This document shows, one piece after another, positions 54,777 through 64,000 of a DNA stretch of 64,000 bases (position 1 is its first letter; every line of letters begins with the position of its first letter). The translations under genes and the position numbers were made by a program. The notes below the pieces were generated by a model. The model had not been told where the DNA came from, did not search any database, and saw only the letters and a list, made by a program, of their open reading frames with translations. The stretch spans positions 355 through 64,354 of the forward strand of contig CAWKDO010000011.1 in NCBI GenBank assembly GCA_963848425.1. The letters are read 5' to 3'. This stretch comes from an uncultured delta proteobacterium. Its GTDB lineage: Bacteria; Desulfobacterota; Desulfuromonadia; Desulfuromonadales; JACZKF01.

Positions 54777-55622
54777 ATGAACCTGCACGCCTTTCTGACC
54801 AACCAGGCCCGGGGCGATCTGCTCCCCTGGTCCGTCCAGGTCGCAGCCGCCCAAGGTTACGATCTCGCCCTGGGCGAGGTGGAAGAGACGGCACTCGTAC
54901 TCGGCCTGTTGCCGGCCCGTTATCAGCGCAACCGGCAGACGATCGGGATCGAGCAGCAGCTTCGGCTTTGCCGCAGCAAGGCGGTAATCATCGGCAGCGG
55001 CGGCCTCGGCGGTTACCTGGTCGAGGAATTGGCCCGGCTCGGCGTCGGCCGGCTGGTAGTTATCGATCCCGACGTTTTCGAGGAACACAATCTGAACCGC
55101 CAGCTCCTCTCCTCTCCGGCCCTTCTGGGCGAGCCGAAAGTGAAGGTTGCGGCGGCGCGGGTCGGCGAGATCAATCCCGCCGTCACCGTCACCCCCCGGC
55201 GCGAGGCCTTCGGCCCTGGCAATGCCCGGGAACTTCTCGCCGGCGCCGACGTGGTGCTGGACGGACTCGACACGATCACCGCCCGGCTGGAGCTGGCGCA
55301 GGCGTGCTCTGAACTCGCCCTTCCCCTGGTGCACGGCGCAATCGGCGGCTGGTACGGCCAAGTCGCCACCCAGCTGCCGGGGGAGGAGATCGCGCCACAT
55401 CTCTTCGGCCCCTGGGCACAGCAACCGAAGGGCGTGGAGACACGGCTGGGCAATCCATCCTTCACCCCGGCGGTGGTGGCCAGTCTCCAGGTCGCCGAGG
55501 CGTGCAAAATCCTGCTGGGGCAGGGAGAGCTTCTTTCTGGTCGCTTTCTTTTCATCAATCTCTATGATATGGAGTTCGCTGAGATCGGGACCGAAAGACA
55601 CCGGGAAGTGGTTGGGCAATAG
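54777..55622 (+). CDS. ThiF/MoeB/HesA-family E1-like adenylyltransferase
   Basis: AVIIGSGGLGGYLVEELARLGVGRLVVIDPDVFEEHNLNRQ (GxGxxG, D.D, NLNRQ). Starts 1 nt after the MoaD-like stop. Confidence 0.8.
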   Translation: MNLHAFLTNQARGDLLPWSVQVAAAQGYDLALGEVEETALVLGLLPARYQRNRQTIGIEQQLRLCRSKAVIIGSGGLGGYLVEELARLGVGRLVVIDPDVFEEHNLNRQLLSSPALLGEPKVKVAAARVGEINPAVTVTPRREAFGPGNARELLAGADVVLDGLDTITARLELAQACSELALPLVHGAIGGWYGQVATQLPGEEIAPHLFGPWAQQPKGVETRLGNPSFTPAVVASLQVAEACKILLGQGELLSGRFLFINLYDMEFAEIGTERHREVVGQ

Positions 55623-55651
55623 CGATCCACCCTCCGCTGGCGGAAAAGGAA

Positions 55652-56636
55652 ATGGACATGTCACTCGTCGATGCGCACGGCCGCAAGATCAACTACCTCC
55701 GCCTCTCGGTCACCGACCGCTGCAACCTGCGCTGCACGTACTGCATGCCGGCGGCGGGGGTAGCGAAGCTCGCCTGCGATCAGGTCCTGCGTTATGAAGA
55801 GCTGCTGGCGGTGGCGCGAGCGGCGGTGCACGTCGGCATCGAGAAGATCCGGGTGACCGGTGGCGAACCGCTGGTGCGCAAAGGGCTGCCCGCCTTTCTC
55901 GAACAGCTGGCAAAGCTCCCCGGCCTGCGCGAGCTGGTCCTGACCACCAACGGCGTGCTGCTGCCCGAGCTGGCGCAGACGTTGAAGGACGCCGGGGTCC
56001 AGCGCCTGAACATCAGCCTCGATTCACTGCAGCCGGAAACGTTCGCCCGCGATCACCCGCGGCGGGGTCCTGGCGCGGGTCCTGGCGGGAATAACCGCGG
56101 CCGAAGCGGCGGGTTTTCCGATCAAACTCAATATGGTGGTGATGCGCGGGGTGAACGACCGGCGAGGTGGCCGACTTCGCCGCCCTGACCCTGCAGAAGC
56201 CTTTTTCCGTGCGCTTCATCGAGTATATGCCGGCGATCGGGCCGAGGACTTCCGCTCTTTCCTCGTCCCGGGTGATACCATCGTCGTCGACCTCGCCCGC
56301 CGCTTCCCGCTGGAGCGGGTCGAGCGGGGAGCGCTGTGCGGCCCGGCGCAGGAATTCCGCATTGCCGGGGCGGCCGGAACGCTCGGCCTGATCACCGCCA
56401 TGTCCGGGCATTTCTGCGGCGACTGCAACCGCATCCGGGTGACCGCCTCCGGCCTCGCCCGCAGCTGCCTCTTCGGCAGCGACACCCTTGACCTGAAACC
56501 GGTGCTGGCCGCTGGCGATCCCGACCAGGTGGAGCAGGCCCTGCGCCGGCTGGTGGAGAACAAACCGGCCCGGCACTTAATCAACGAACCGACGCTCGCC
56601 CCGGCCCCGTTCGCCATGTCGGCAATCGGCGGCTGA
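55652..56636 (+). pseudogene. moaA: GTP 3',8-cyclase MoaA, at least three frameshifts as assembled
   Basis: INYLRLSVTDRCNLRCTYCMP (radical SAM), RVTGGEPLVR, LTTNG, NISLDSL. The later parts are in other frames (..KLNMVVMRGVND.., FSVRFIEYMP, ..GHFCGDCNRIRVTASG..). Confidence 0.85.
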
Positions 56637-56743
56637 AAACACAGGTATCAGGTAGCAGGTAGCAGGGAAATCGGGGCAGGCTTGGACCTGAAACCCGAAT
56701 CCGGAAACCTGAATCCTTTTTTAAAAAAACAGGAGAAGAACAG

Positions 56744-57189
56744 ATGCAGGGAAAAATTGTCGCCGTCAGCATCAGCGAAACAAAGGGGAGCGAAAGAAGC
56801 CGGTCGAAGCGGTCGAGCTCTGCGAGGAGCACGGCATTGTCGGTGATGCCCATGCCGGCGACTGGCACCGGCAGGTGAGCCTTCTTGCCCGGGAGAGCAT
56901 CGACAAGATGCGGGCGACTGGGGCTGGATGTCACCAGCGGCGACTTCGCCGAGAATATCACCACCGAAGGGATCGATCTCGTCTCCCTGCCGATCGGGAC
57001 GCGTCTCACGATCGGCAAGGCGGTGCTGGAGGTGACCCAGATCGGCAAGGAATGCCATACCCGCTGCGCCATCTTCTACCAGGCCGGGGACTGCGTCATG
57101 CCGAAGGAGGGGATCTTCGCCCGGGTGCTCCGGGGGGGACCGTCCGGCCGGGGGACGCGGTTGCGGTTTGCCGTCCCGGCGCGCCTTGA
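56744..57189 (+). pseudogene. MOSC-domain protein, frameshifted as assembled
   Basis: MQGKIVAVSISETKG.. then ..HGIVGDAHAGDWHRQVSLLARESIDKMRA.. and ..GDFAENITTEGIDLVSLPIGTRLTIGKAVLEVTQIGKECHTRCAIFYQAGDCVMPKEGIFARVLRGG.. in different frames. Confidence 0.7.
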
Positions 57190-57243
57190 CACCCTGAGGC
57201 GGACAATCATACTTTGGGCAAAAACCTGAACAGGAGTTTGCCC

Positions 57244-57672
57244 ATGAAAGTCAGCGCCCGAAACGTATGGACCGGCAAGGTGAGCGCAGTGAAGCGGGGG
57301 GCCGTCAACGCCGAGGTCGAGTTGACGCTGCCGGGAGGGCATCGGATCGTCTCGATCATCACCATCGGGAGCATGGATAACCTTGGCCTGGCCGTCGGCA
57401 GCGAGGCGCTCGCCCTGGTCAAGGCGCCGCTGGTGATCCTTGCCAAGGAGACGGCCGGAATGAAGTTCAGCACCCGCAACGTGCTGGAGGGGACCATCCG
57501 GCACATCACCGACGGTGCGGTCAATGCCGAGGTGACCATCGAGCTGACAGGCGGGACGCTGGTTAACGCCATCGTCACCGAGCAGAGTATCGCCGGCATG
57601 GGGCTGAAGGTCGGCGATCAGGCTTCGGCCTTGTTCAAGGCGTCCAGCGTGATTTTGGCGGTCAAGGCCTGA
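57244..57672 (+). CDS. tandem Mop/TOBE-domain molybdate/tungstate-binding protein
   Basis: Two repeats of the Mop pattern (MKVSARNVWTGKVSAVKRGAVNAEVELTL.. and MKFSTRNVLEGTIRHITDGAVNAEVTIEL..). Confidence 0.8.
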   Translation: MKVSARNVWTGKVSAVKRGAVNAEVELTLPGGHRIVSIITIGSMDNLGLAVGSEALALVKAPLVILAKETAGMKFSTRNVLEGTIRHITDGAVNAEVTIELTGGTLVNAIVTEQSIAGMGLKVGDQASALFKASSVILAVKA

Positions 57673-57702
57673 GTCGAGCGCTGGCGACAACGACAATCTA
57701 TC

Positions 57703-57800
57703 CACTCTCCGAGCCGGTCCGCCTAACAGGGTGACCTCATGACGGCCGGCCAACGGGTGCTGTCGGAAACGGCAGCGCCTCCCTTTCGGAAAGGAGAAAG
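57703..57800 (+). promoter_or_regulatory. Moco/Tuco-type riboswitch candidate (upstream of tupA)
   Basis: Same conserved blocks as 52566-52665. Followed directly by an intrinsic terminator (57825-57856), which fits a transcription-attenuation expression platform. Confidence 0.65.
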
Positions 57801-57824
57801 CTGCGGCGGAAAAGTCCGCTACGA

Positions 57825-57856
57825 GGCTTTCCCTTGCCGGGGGGAAGCCTTTTTTT
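57825..57856 (+). terminator. intrinsic terminator (putative riboswitch expression platform)
   Basis: GGCTTTCCC-TTGCCGG-GGGGAAGCC (9 bp including one G-U) followed by TTTTTTT, 68 nt upstream of the tupA ATG. Confidence 0.75.
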
Positions 57857-57923
57857 GTACCGCTACGGCATTGGTGATTTCGCTTGAGGCCTGCCCTCGA
57901 TTAACCACCGACTGGAGGAAACG

Positions 57924-58730
57924 ATGAAACTGTTGCGTACCCTGGCGTCCATCCTGGCCATCACCCTGGCCCTCTGCCCCGCCGCCGTCGCCGCGGAGCG
58001 TCTGCGCCTGTCCACCACCACCTCGACCGAAAACTCCGGCCTGCTCAAGGTCCTCCTTCCCCCGTTCGAGGAGAAGTGCGGCTGCAAGGTGGATGTCATC
58101 GCCGTCGGCACCGGCAAGGCCCTCAAGCTGGGCGAGGCCGGCGACGTCGACGTGGTTCTCGTCCACGCCCGCAAGGCGGAGGACAAGTTCGTCGCCGACG
58201 GCTTCGGGGTGAACCGCAAGGATGTCATGTACAACGACTTCGTCCTCCTCGGCCCGGCCGCCGACCCGGCCGGGGTGAAGGGGGCGAAGAGCGCGGCCGA
58301 GGCGCTGGCGAAAATCGCCGAAAAGCAGGCGCCTTTCATTTCCCGCAGCGACGAGTCGGGAACGCACCAGAAGGAGAAGGAGCTCTGGCAGGCGGCGGGC
58401 GTCAAGCCGGCCGGCGCCTGGTACGTGGAAGCCGGCCAGGGGATGGGGGAGGTGATCATCATGGCCACCCAGAAGCAGGGCTATACCTTGGCCGACCGGG
58501 GGACCTATAATGCCTTCAAGAAGGATAAGACCGATCTGAAAATCGTCTTTGCAGGAGAAAAGGGGCTGTTCAACCCGTACGGGGTGATCGCCGTCAACCC
58601 GCAGAAGTTCCCCCATGTGAAGTACGATCTGGCGCTGAAGTTCATCGACTATATCACCGGCCCGGAGGGGCAAAAGATCGTCGCCGACTACAAGGTGGAC
58701 GGGGAGCCGATTTTCTTCGTTTACAAATGA
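57924..58730 (+). CDS. tupA: tungstate ABC transporter substrate-binding protein TupA
   Basis: Signal peptide. RLSTTTSTENSGLL is the TupA-type TTTS anion-binding motif. 268 aa periplasmic-binding fold. Confidence 0.85.
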   Translation: MKLLRTLASILAITLALCPAAVAAERLRLSTTTSTENSGLLKVLLPPFEEKCGCKVDVIAVGTGKALKLGEAGDVDVVLVHARKAEDKFVADGFGVNRKDVMYNDFVLLGPAADPAGVKGAKSAAEALAKIAEKQAPFISRSDESGTHQKEKELWQAAGVKPAGAWYVEAGQGMGEVIIMATQKQGYTLADRGTYNAFKKDKTDLKIVFAGEKGLFNPYGVIAVNPQKFPHVKYDLALKFIDYITGPEGQKIVADYKVDGEPIFFVYK

Positions 58731-58732
58731 GC

Positions 58733-58781
58733 GTAGGGGCGCTGCTTGCTGCGCCCTGGGCAGGGCAAGCCCTGCCCCTAC
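58733..58781. repeat. GC-rich nested palindromic (REP-like) element
   Basis: GTAGGGGC...GCCCCTAC encloses GGCGC-N8-GCGCC and the perfect GGGCAGGGC-AA-GCCCTGCCC. Intergenic between tupA and tupB. Confidence 0.6.
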
Positions 58782-58811
58782 AAAAACAATTTCTTTAAAT
58801 CGGGGTTCTTC

Positions 58812-59498
58812 TTGGATTTTCTGACCGAATCGCTGCGCACCGCCCTCACCCTTATCCTTGCCCTGGACGGCGAGGTGGTCGGGGCGGTGCGCACCTCTCT
58901 GACCGTCGCCCTCTGGTCGGTCCTGCTCGCCGCCTTGGGCGGCATTCCCCTCGGCGCGGCCGTGGCGGTTGCGGAGTTCCCCGGCAAGCGGTGGGTGATC
59001 ATCCTGCTCAACACCCTGATGGCCCTGCCGACGGTGGTGGTCGGGCTGGTGGTCTATGGACTGATCAGCCGGCAGGGTCCCCTCGGGGGAATGGGACTCC
59101 TCTTCACTCCGGCGGCGATCGTGCTCGGGCAGACGGTGCTGGCCTTACCGATCGTCGCCAATTATACCTTGGGCGCAGTGCGGGGGGCCGACCAGCGCAT
59201 CGTGCCAACCGCCCTGACCCTCGGGGCGGGACCGCTGCGCGGGGTGATGCGGCTCCTCCTGGACGTGCGCTTCGGGGTGGTCGCCGCGGTCGTCGCCGGC
59301 TTCGGCCGTGTGATGGCCGAGGTGGGGGTGGCGATGATGCTCGGCGGCAACATCCGGGGGTACACGCGGACGATGACCACCGCCATCGCCCTGGAAACGA
59401 GCAAGGGGGAGTTCGCCTTCGGCCTTGCCCTGGGCATCGTGCTGATGACCGTCGCCCTCGCTGTCAACCTTTTCTTCAACGCCCTGCAGGAGCGATGA
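58812..59498 (+). CDS. tupB: tungstate ABC transporter permease TupB
   Basis: A TTG start gives (M)DFLTESLRTALTLIL.., as in TupB homologs. Five or more TM helices. ABC permease EAA-like region (TLGAGPLRGVMRLLLDVRFG). Confidence 0.75.
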   Translation: MDFLTESLRTALTLILALDGEVVGAVRTSLTVALWSVLLAALGGIPLGAAVAVAEFPGKRWVIILLNTLMALPTVVVGLVVYGLISRQGPLGGMGLLFTPAAIVLGQTVLALPIVANYTLGAVRGADQRIVPTALTLGAGPLRGVMRLLLDVRFGVVAAVVAGFGRVMAEVGVAMMLGGNIRGYTRTMTTAIALETSKGEFAFGLALGIVLMTVALAVNLFFNALQER

Positions 59499-60229
59499 CG
59501 ATGCCGCCTCTCTATTTTTTGCACGGGCTCACCAAAGACTACGGCGCGCGGACCGTCCTCGCCATCGAGGAACTTCATCTCGAGGCCGGCCGGCTCTACA
59601 CCCTCACCGGACCGAACGGTGCCGGCAAGAGCACCCTCCTGCAAATTCTCGCCTTCCTCGCTACGCCAACGTCCGGCGACCTCTCCTTCCGCGGGGAGTC
59701 GGCGATCGGGAACGGAGCCGCCCTTCGTCAGCTCCGGCGGGAAGTCACTCTCCTGCATCAGGACCCGTATCTCTTCGCCACCACGGTTGCCGCCAATGTC
59801 GCCTTCGGCCTGAAGGTGCGCAGCATCCAGAGTGCGGAGCAGCGGCGGCGGGTGGAGGCAGCGCTGACGCAGGTGGGGCTTGAGGGCTTCGGGCCGCGCC
59901 GCGCCAGCGAACTCTCCGGCGGCGAGGTACAGCGGGTTGCCATGGCCCGGGCGCTGGCTTTGGCCCCGGCCGTGCTCCTTTTGGACGAGCCCCTGGCCAA
60001 TATCGATCGGCAGACCGCCTGCCTGCTGGAGGGGTTGATTGCCGAGTTGCCCGCCCACGGCACCACCGTTATCCTTACCACCCACGATCCCGATCTGCCG
60101 CAGCGGCTGGGTGGGGAAATTATCCGCCTGCGCGCGGGTCGGCTGGAAGCGTCGATGTCGCCAGCCAGCCATCATGAAGTGGAGAAATATCCGTTATGTC
60201 TATCGCCTTTGCAGCCGCAAGAAGCCTGA
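59495..60229 (+). CDS. tupC: tungstate ABC transporter ATP-binding protein TupC
   Basis: ATG overlaps the tupB stop (ATGA). GPNGAGKST, LSGGEVQRV, LLLDEP, TTHD. Confidence 0.8.
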   Translation: MTMPPLYFLHGLTKDYGARTVLAIEELHLEAGRLYTLTGPNGAGKSTLLQILAFLATPTSGDLSFRGESAIGNGAALRQLRREVTLLHQDPYLFATTVAANVAFGLKVRSIQSAEQRRRVEAALTQVGLEGFGPRRASELSGGEVQRVAMARALALAPAVLLLDEPLANIDRQTACLLEGLIAELPAHGTTVILTTHDPDLPQRLGGEIIRLRAGRLEASMSPASHHEVEKYPLCLSPLQPQEA

Positions 60230-61408
60230 TTCTCGAACACGTCGCTCCGCTCGGGATCGAGCGGGTCTGGCTCCTCGACGCTGCCAGCCGGGTGCTGGCC
60301 GAGGCGGCGCTCGCCCCTTGGGACATGCCCCGCTGGGACAACTCGGCGATGGACGGCTACGCCGTGCGTGCTGCCGACTGCCCCGGATCGGCCGTCCTGA
60401 CCGTCAGCGGCTATCTTCCGGCTGGCGCCTCGGCCGAAGGAATAGCCGTGCTGCCGGGAATGGCGGTGAAAATCATGACCGGAGCGCCGATCCCGGAAGG
60501 TTGCGATGCCGTTGTGCCTGTCGAGGAGACGGAGGCGGACGGCGGACGGGTGCACATCCAGGCCCAGGTCGAACCGGGCGCGCATTTCCGGCGCCGGGGG
60601 GAGGATGTGGCCGGCGGCGAGATGGTGATACCGGCCGGGACCCTGCTGCGGCCGCCGGAGATCAACATGCTCGCTTCCTTCGGCCAAGCCTTCATTGGCG
60701 GTCCACCGCCGACCAAAGGTCGCCATCCTCTCCACCGGCGACGAACTGGTGGAACTGGGCGAACCGATCGCTCCGGGCCGCATCGTCAACAGCAACTCCC
60801 TTTCGCTGGCGGCGGCGGTGAAGGAAATTGGCGGTGAGCCGGTGCTCCTCGGAATTGCCCGGGACAACCTCGAAAGCCTGCGGGAGAAGCTGACCGAGGG
60901 GCTGCGAGCGGACGTCCTGATCACCTCTGCCGGGGTTTCGGCCGGCGACCGCGATCTGGTGCGCGAGGTGCTGGAGGAGCTGGGGGTGGCGCAGCTGTTC
61001 TGGAAGGTTGACATAAAGCCGGGGCGTCCTACCGCCTTCGGCATCCGGGGAACGACACCGGTCTTCTCCCTCCCCGGCAACCCGGTCTCGACCATGATCA
61101 CCTTCGAGGAGTTCGTCCGCCCCGCCCTGCTGCGCATGCTGGGACACCACGAGGTCATTCGCCCTTTCGTCCGGGCGGTCCTGCGGGAGTCGGTGAAGAA
61201 GAAAGCCGGCCGGGTGCAGTTTCTGCGGGTACGGGTGACGGCCGAGAACCGGCGGCTTCTCGCCTCCAGCTCCGGGGATCAGAACACCGGCATCCTGCGG
61301 ACGATGGTGCGGGCCAACGGCATCGCCGTGCTGCCGGCCGAGCGCGAACGCTTCGAGGCCGGCGAGGAGGTCGATGTCCATCTGCTCGACCCGACCGGCA
61401 CCTTATAG
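60196..61408 (+). pseudogene. moeA: molybdopterin molybdo/tungstotransferase MoeA, one frameshift near 60695 as assembled
   Basis: DNSAMDGYAV and MTGAPIPEGCDAVV in the first frame. KVAILSTGDEL, NSNS, ITSAGVSAGDRDLV and LPGNPVS in ORF 60695..61408. Confidence 0.85.
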
Positions 61409-61466
61409 CAGGGAGCGCCCAGGGCGGACGCCGTCCGCCCCTACGGTTTTAAAAATCCGCCGCCGC

Positions 61467-64000
61467 TCACCTCATCCCGCCTCCTTTCCCCCTTCCCTGC
61501 CCCACCCCGGCAATATCCGCAAGGATCTCCGGCAGCGCCAGTGCTTCGGGACACGCCAGATAGCGCGGGTGCCAATGCGGGCGGAAGCTTTCCTTGAAGG
61601 CGCGCAGTTCGTGCACGTCGGCGAAATGTTCGCCGTGCGGAAAAATATGCGGGCCGAAGCGCTGCCAGAAGGCGGCGAGTAGATCGTCTTTGCCACCGAG
61701 GGGAGGGACCAACCCCAGATTCAGCCAGGAGAATCCCGCCTGCTGCGCCCAACTGCAGATCTCCACCACCAGAAAAGCAAATAGCCCTTTCGGCGCGTCC
61801 GGCAGAAAACGCCCGAGACCGAGGATCAGGTCGGCGCCGCCGTTCGCCGGCGGCAGACTGGCAAAGGCGAGAAGCGAACCGTCGCGTCGGACTGTGGCGA
61901 GTGGAAAACGGGCGATTTGCTCGCTATTAAAATCTCCGTGCAGAAGACCATGATCCTCTTTCCCGTGTGCTGCCCGCCAGTGGTCGGCGATGCCCGCCAG
62001 CTCCGGCAGCAAGCGGGCAACCTCCGCCGCGGCAACGATCTCGCCAACGCAGCCGCTGCCTTGCAGGGCGCGGTAATTGTCTCTTTGCCCCGCCTGGAGC
62101 TGCGCGAGTGAAAATTCGAACAGCGGGAGCGTCCCCTCGCTGCCGATCGGCTGCAGCGCCAGCCCCATTTCCAGGCAAAGGGGAGAACTCTCCGTTCCTA
62201 TGCCGAAAAAAACCGGCCATTTCCCGTGTCGCTCGCAGATCTCTCGAAAACGCCAGGCCAGTTCCTGCCGCTGCGCTGTCGCCCCGACCGCATCGCCGAG
62301 GCTTATCAGGCTGCTTGCGCCCTCGGCGTACATGAGGAACGAATCCCCCTCCGTACTGAAAAGAAGGTGCTTGTCACCGAGCAGGGCCAGGTGGGCGAAA
62401 GATGATCGATCCTTCTCTGCAAGCGTTGCCGCCCGCGCGATATCCTGCGCATCCGCCGGCTTCGACAGCAGAGCGGATCGCCGCAGGCGCTTGCCGGCGA
62501 TGAAGAGAAGGAACACCGCTGCCGATCCGATTTCGGCGCGCAGGATACGTGTCGCCTCGGCTGAATAATCGGCCATTTCCGCCATTGGATTGAAACCGAC
62601 CTCCTGTAAGGAAAAGAGGCTCAGCCAGATTGCCGTAAAATTGATGATGAGAATGAGATTCACCCACCAGGGGGTGAATGGTTCGTCCAGCAAGGAGAGG
62701 CGCCGGTGGAAAAGGGCGCGCCCGGGGAGAAGCGCCGCCAGGACAACTCCGGAAATGGCGAGTGGCCAGATGCCGCTGCCGCTGCCGAGAGAAAGGAGAA
62801 TGCCAGCTGGCAGGAGCAGCGCGGCGGAGCGCCAGGCGGAACGCAGGCGGACTTGCAGACCGCGAGCGAGGAGGAGCAGGCTGGCGCCGACCAGGGCGGA
62901 GAAAAAATGTCCGGCCTCCAGCAAGGGCCGCGGCAGCCAGAACGCCCACTGCTGCAGCCGCGCTGCATCGGGAAGAAGAACGGCGGAAAACAGCAGGGCG
63001 CCACCGGCGCCGAGGGCACCGACGCTCAATAAGGCCGGCCCGGCGATGGCAATCCACTGCCCGAAAACAACGCCGGCGCGGCGTACCCGTTTCGCCTGCT
63101 GCACGATTTCAAACGCAGCAAGGAGCAGAATCGCCAGCCCGAAGGGAAGCAGGTAGTAGATACCGCGGAAAACCAGCAGCGAGCCGAACAGGGCCGGTGG
63201 CGGTACATTCGGTACCAGCAGCAAAATAACCGACTCAAATACCCCAGAGGCCGCCGGGTACATGACTGAAAAGGGCAACCAGATGAGCAAGGAGGTAAAT
63301 CTGCAGGAATTGCGGCAAGCTGAGACCGGCTTCGGACGGCAGCAGAGGATACAGCACACTGGCGGTCAGCGCCCATTCGGTCGTACCGAGGATAATCTGC
63401 CCGAGGCCCTGGCGAAAGGACGGCAGCGGCAGCTGCCAGCCGCGCAAACGCAGCGGCTGCTTGCGAAACTGAATCAGCAGCAGATAGCCGCAGCCGATCG
63501 CCAGGCCAACGGCGCCAAATGGCCAAAGTGTCTGCAGGGGAAGATAGGGAATGTGCGGCAGGTCGGCGGGTGAGAAGGTCAGCAGCACACCAGTGGCGGT
63601 AGCCAGCCCGAGCAGGAAGGAAAGCGCAGCAAAGGCGGTCAGGCGGGCGATCTCCTCGGCCGCCAGCCCCCAGGAAGAATACATGCGATAACGAATGGAG
63701 CCGCCGGTCAGCAGGGCGAAGCCGACATTGTGGCTGAAGGCGTAACTGGTAAAGGAGGCCAGGGTGACGCGCGCCACCGGCAACCGGCGACCGAGATAAC
63801 GCAAGGCGAGTTGATCGTAGAAGGTCAGCAGCAGGTAGCTGCCGATACTCAATACCAGAGCGGCAACGATCGCCTCCGGCGGCAGGCGATCCAGTTCCCC
63901 CAGGATCTCGCTGAAGCGGTAGCGCCCCAAAACCTTCTTCAGAGTCCACAAAGCGACAAGAAAAATCGCCAGGGCCAAAAATGGCGACAGCCATGTGAGG
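61467..64000 (-). pseudogene. mprF: MprF-like lysylphosphatidylglycerol synthase/flippase (5' end outside the window), one frameshift near 63260 as assembled
   Basis: Polytopic N-terminal part in ORF 63235..63978, open to the window edge. It continues in ORF 61467..63359, with more TM helices and a C-terminal DUF2156/aminoacyl-PG synthase domain (..GDSFLMYAEGASSLISLGD.., FSWLNLGLVP.., FKESFRPHWHPRYL). Confidence 0.7.

Noticed and set aside
58991-59494. N-terminal part of ORF 58991..60229 (412 aa)
   Set aside because: It is out of frame over tupB. The real tupC starts at 59495 (MTMPPLYFLHGL..), with an ATGA overlap.
1-64000. CRISPR arrays, rRNA/tRNA genes, integrases, transposases and prophage structural genes
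   Set aside because: I looked for regularly spaced direct repeats, T-loop/anticodon-arm structures, and tyrosine/serine recombinase or DDE motifs in all listed ORFs. None were found.

Overview
GC-rich chromosomal segment (about two-thirds G+C by eye). Its gene content reads like a Desulfuromonadales/Geobacter-type deltaproteobacterium: a tetrahaem cytochrome c-NrfC-NrfD module, a tungsten-type aldehyde:ferredoxin oxidoreductase with TupABC and Moco-biosynthesis genes, an AcoR-type sigma54 activator, and SelW-like selenoproteins. Visibly AT-richer accessory blocks interrupt it at ~2.0-2.7 kb, ~8.9-16.2 kb and ~40.2-49.2 kb.

The most interesting content is the 40.2-49.2 kb island. It carries:
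- an MNT/HepT pair;
- an MqsR-like toxin followed by an extended MqsA-like Zn-ribbon/HTH protein that is translationally coupled to an ImmA/IrrE protease;
- a tightly coupled four-gene operon: two ComEC-type MBL-fold proteins, an E2-E1-JAB triple-fusion protein and a patatin phospholipase.

This operon looks like the accessory-plus-effector set of type II CBASS, but it has no CD-NTase cyclase and no ubiquitin-like gene.

Other notable points:
- Two paralogous SelW-like genes have an in-frame TGA in a CxxU motif plus a SECIS-like hairpin. ORF calling misses both.
- Two mutually similar Moco/Tuco-type riboswitch candidates lie upstream of aor and tupA.
- A sigma54 promoter lies upstream of adh.
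- A 186-bp near-identical direct duplicate of an internal ABC-transporter segment, plus a ~125-bp inverted copy of that gene's 3' flank, bracket a two-gene cassette.
- About 19 GC-rich core genes are broken by single-base frameshifts, often at homopolymers. The low-GC island genes are frame-intact. This points to assembly indels rather than decay, so these genes are listed as pseudogenes 'as assembled'.

No rRNA, tRNA, CRISPR array, integrase or transposase was recognised.
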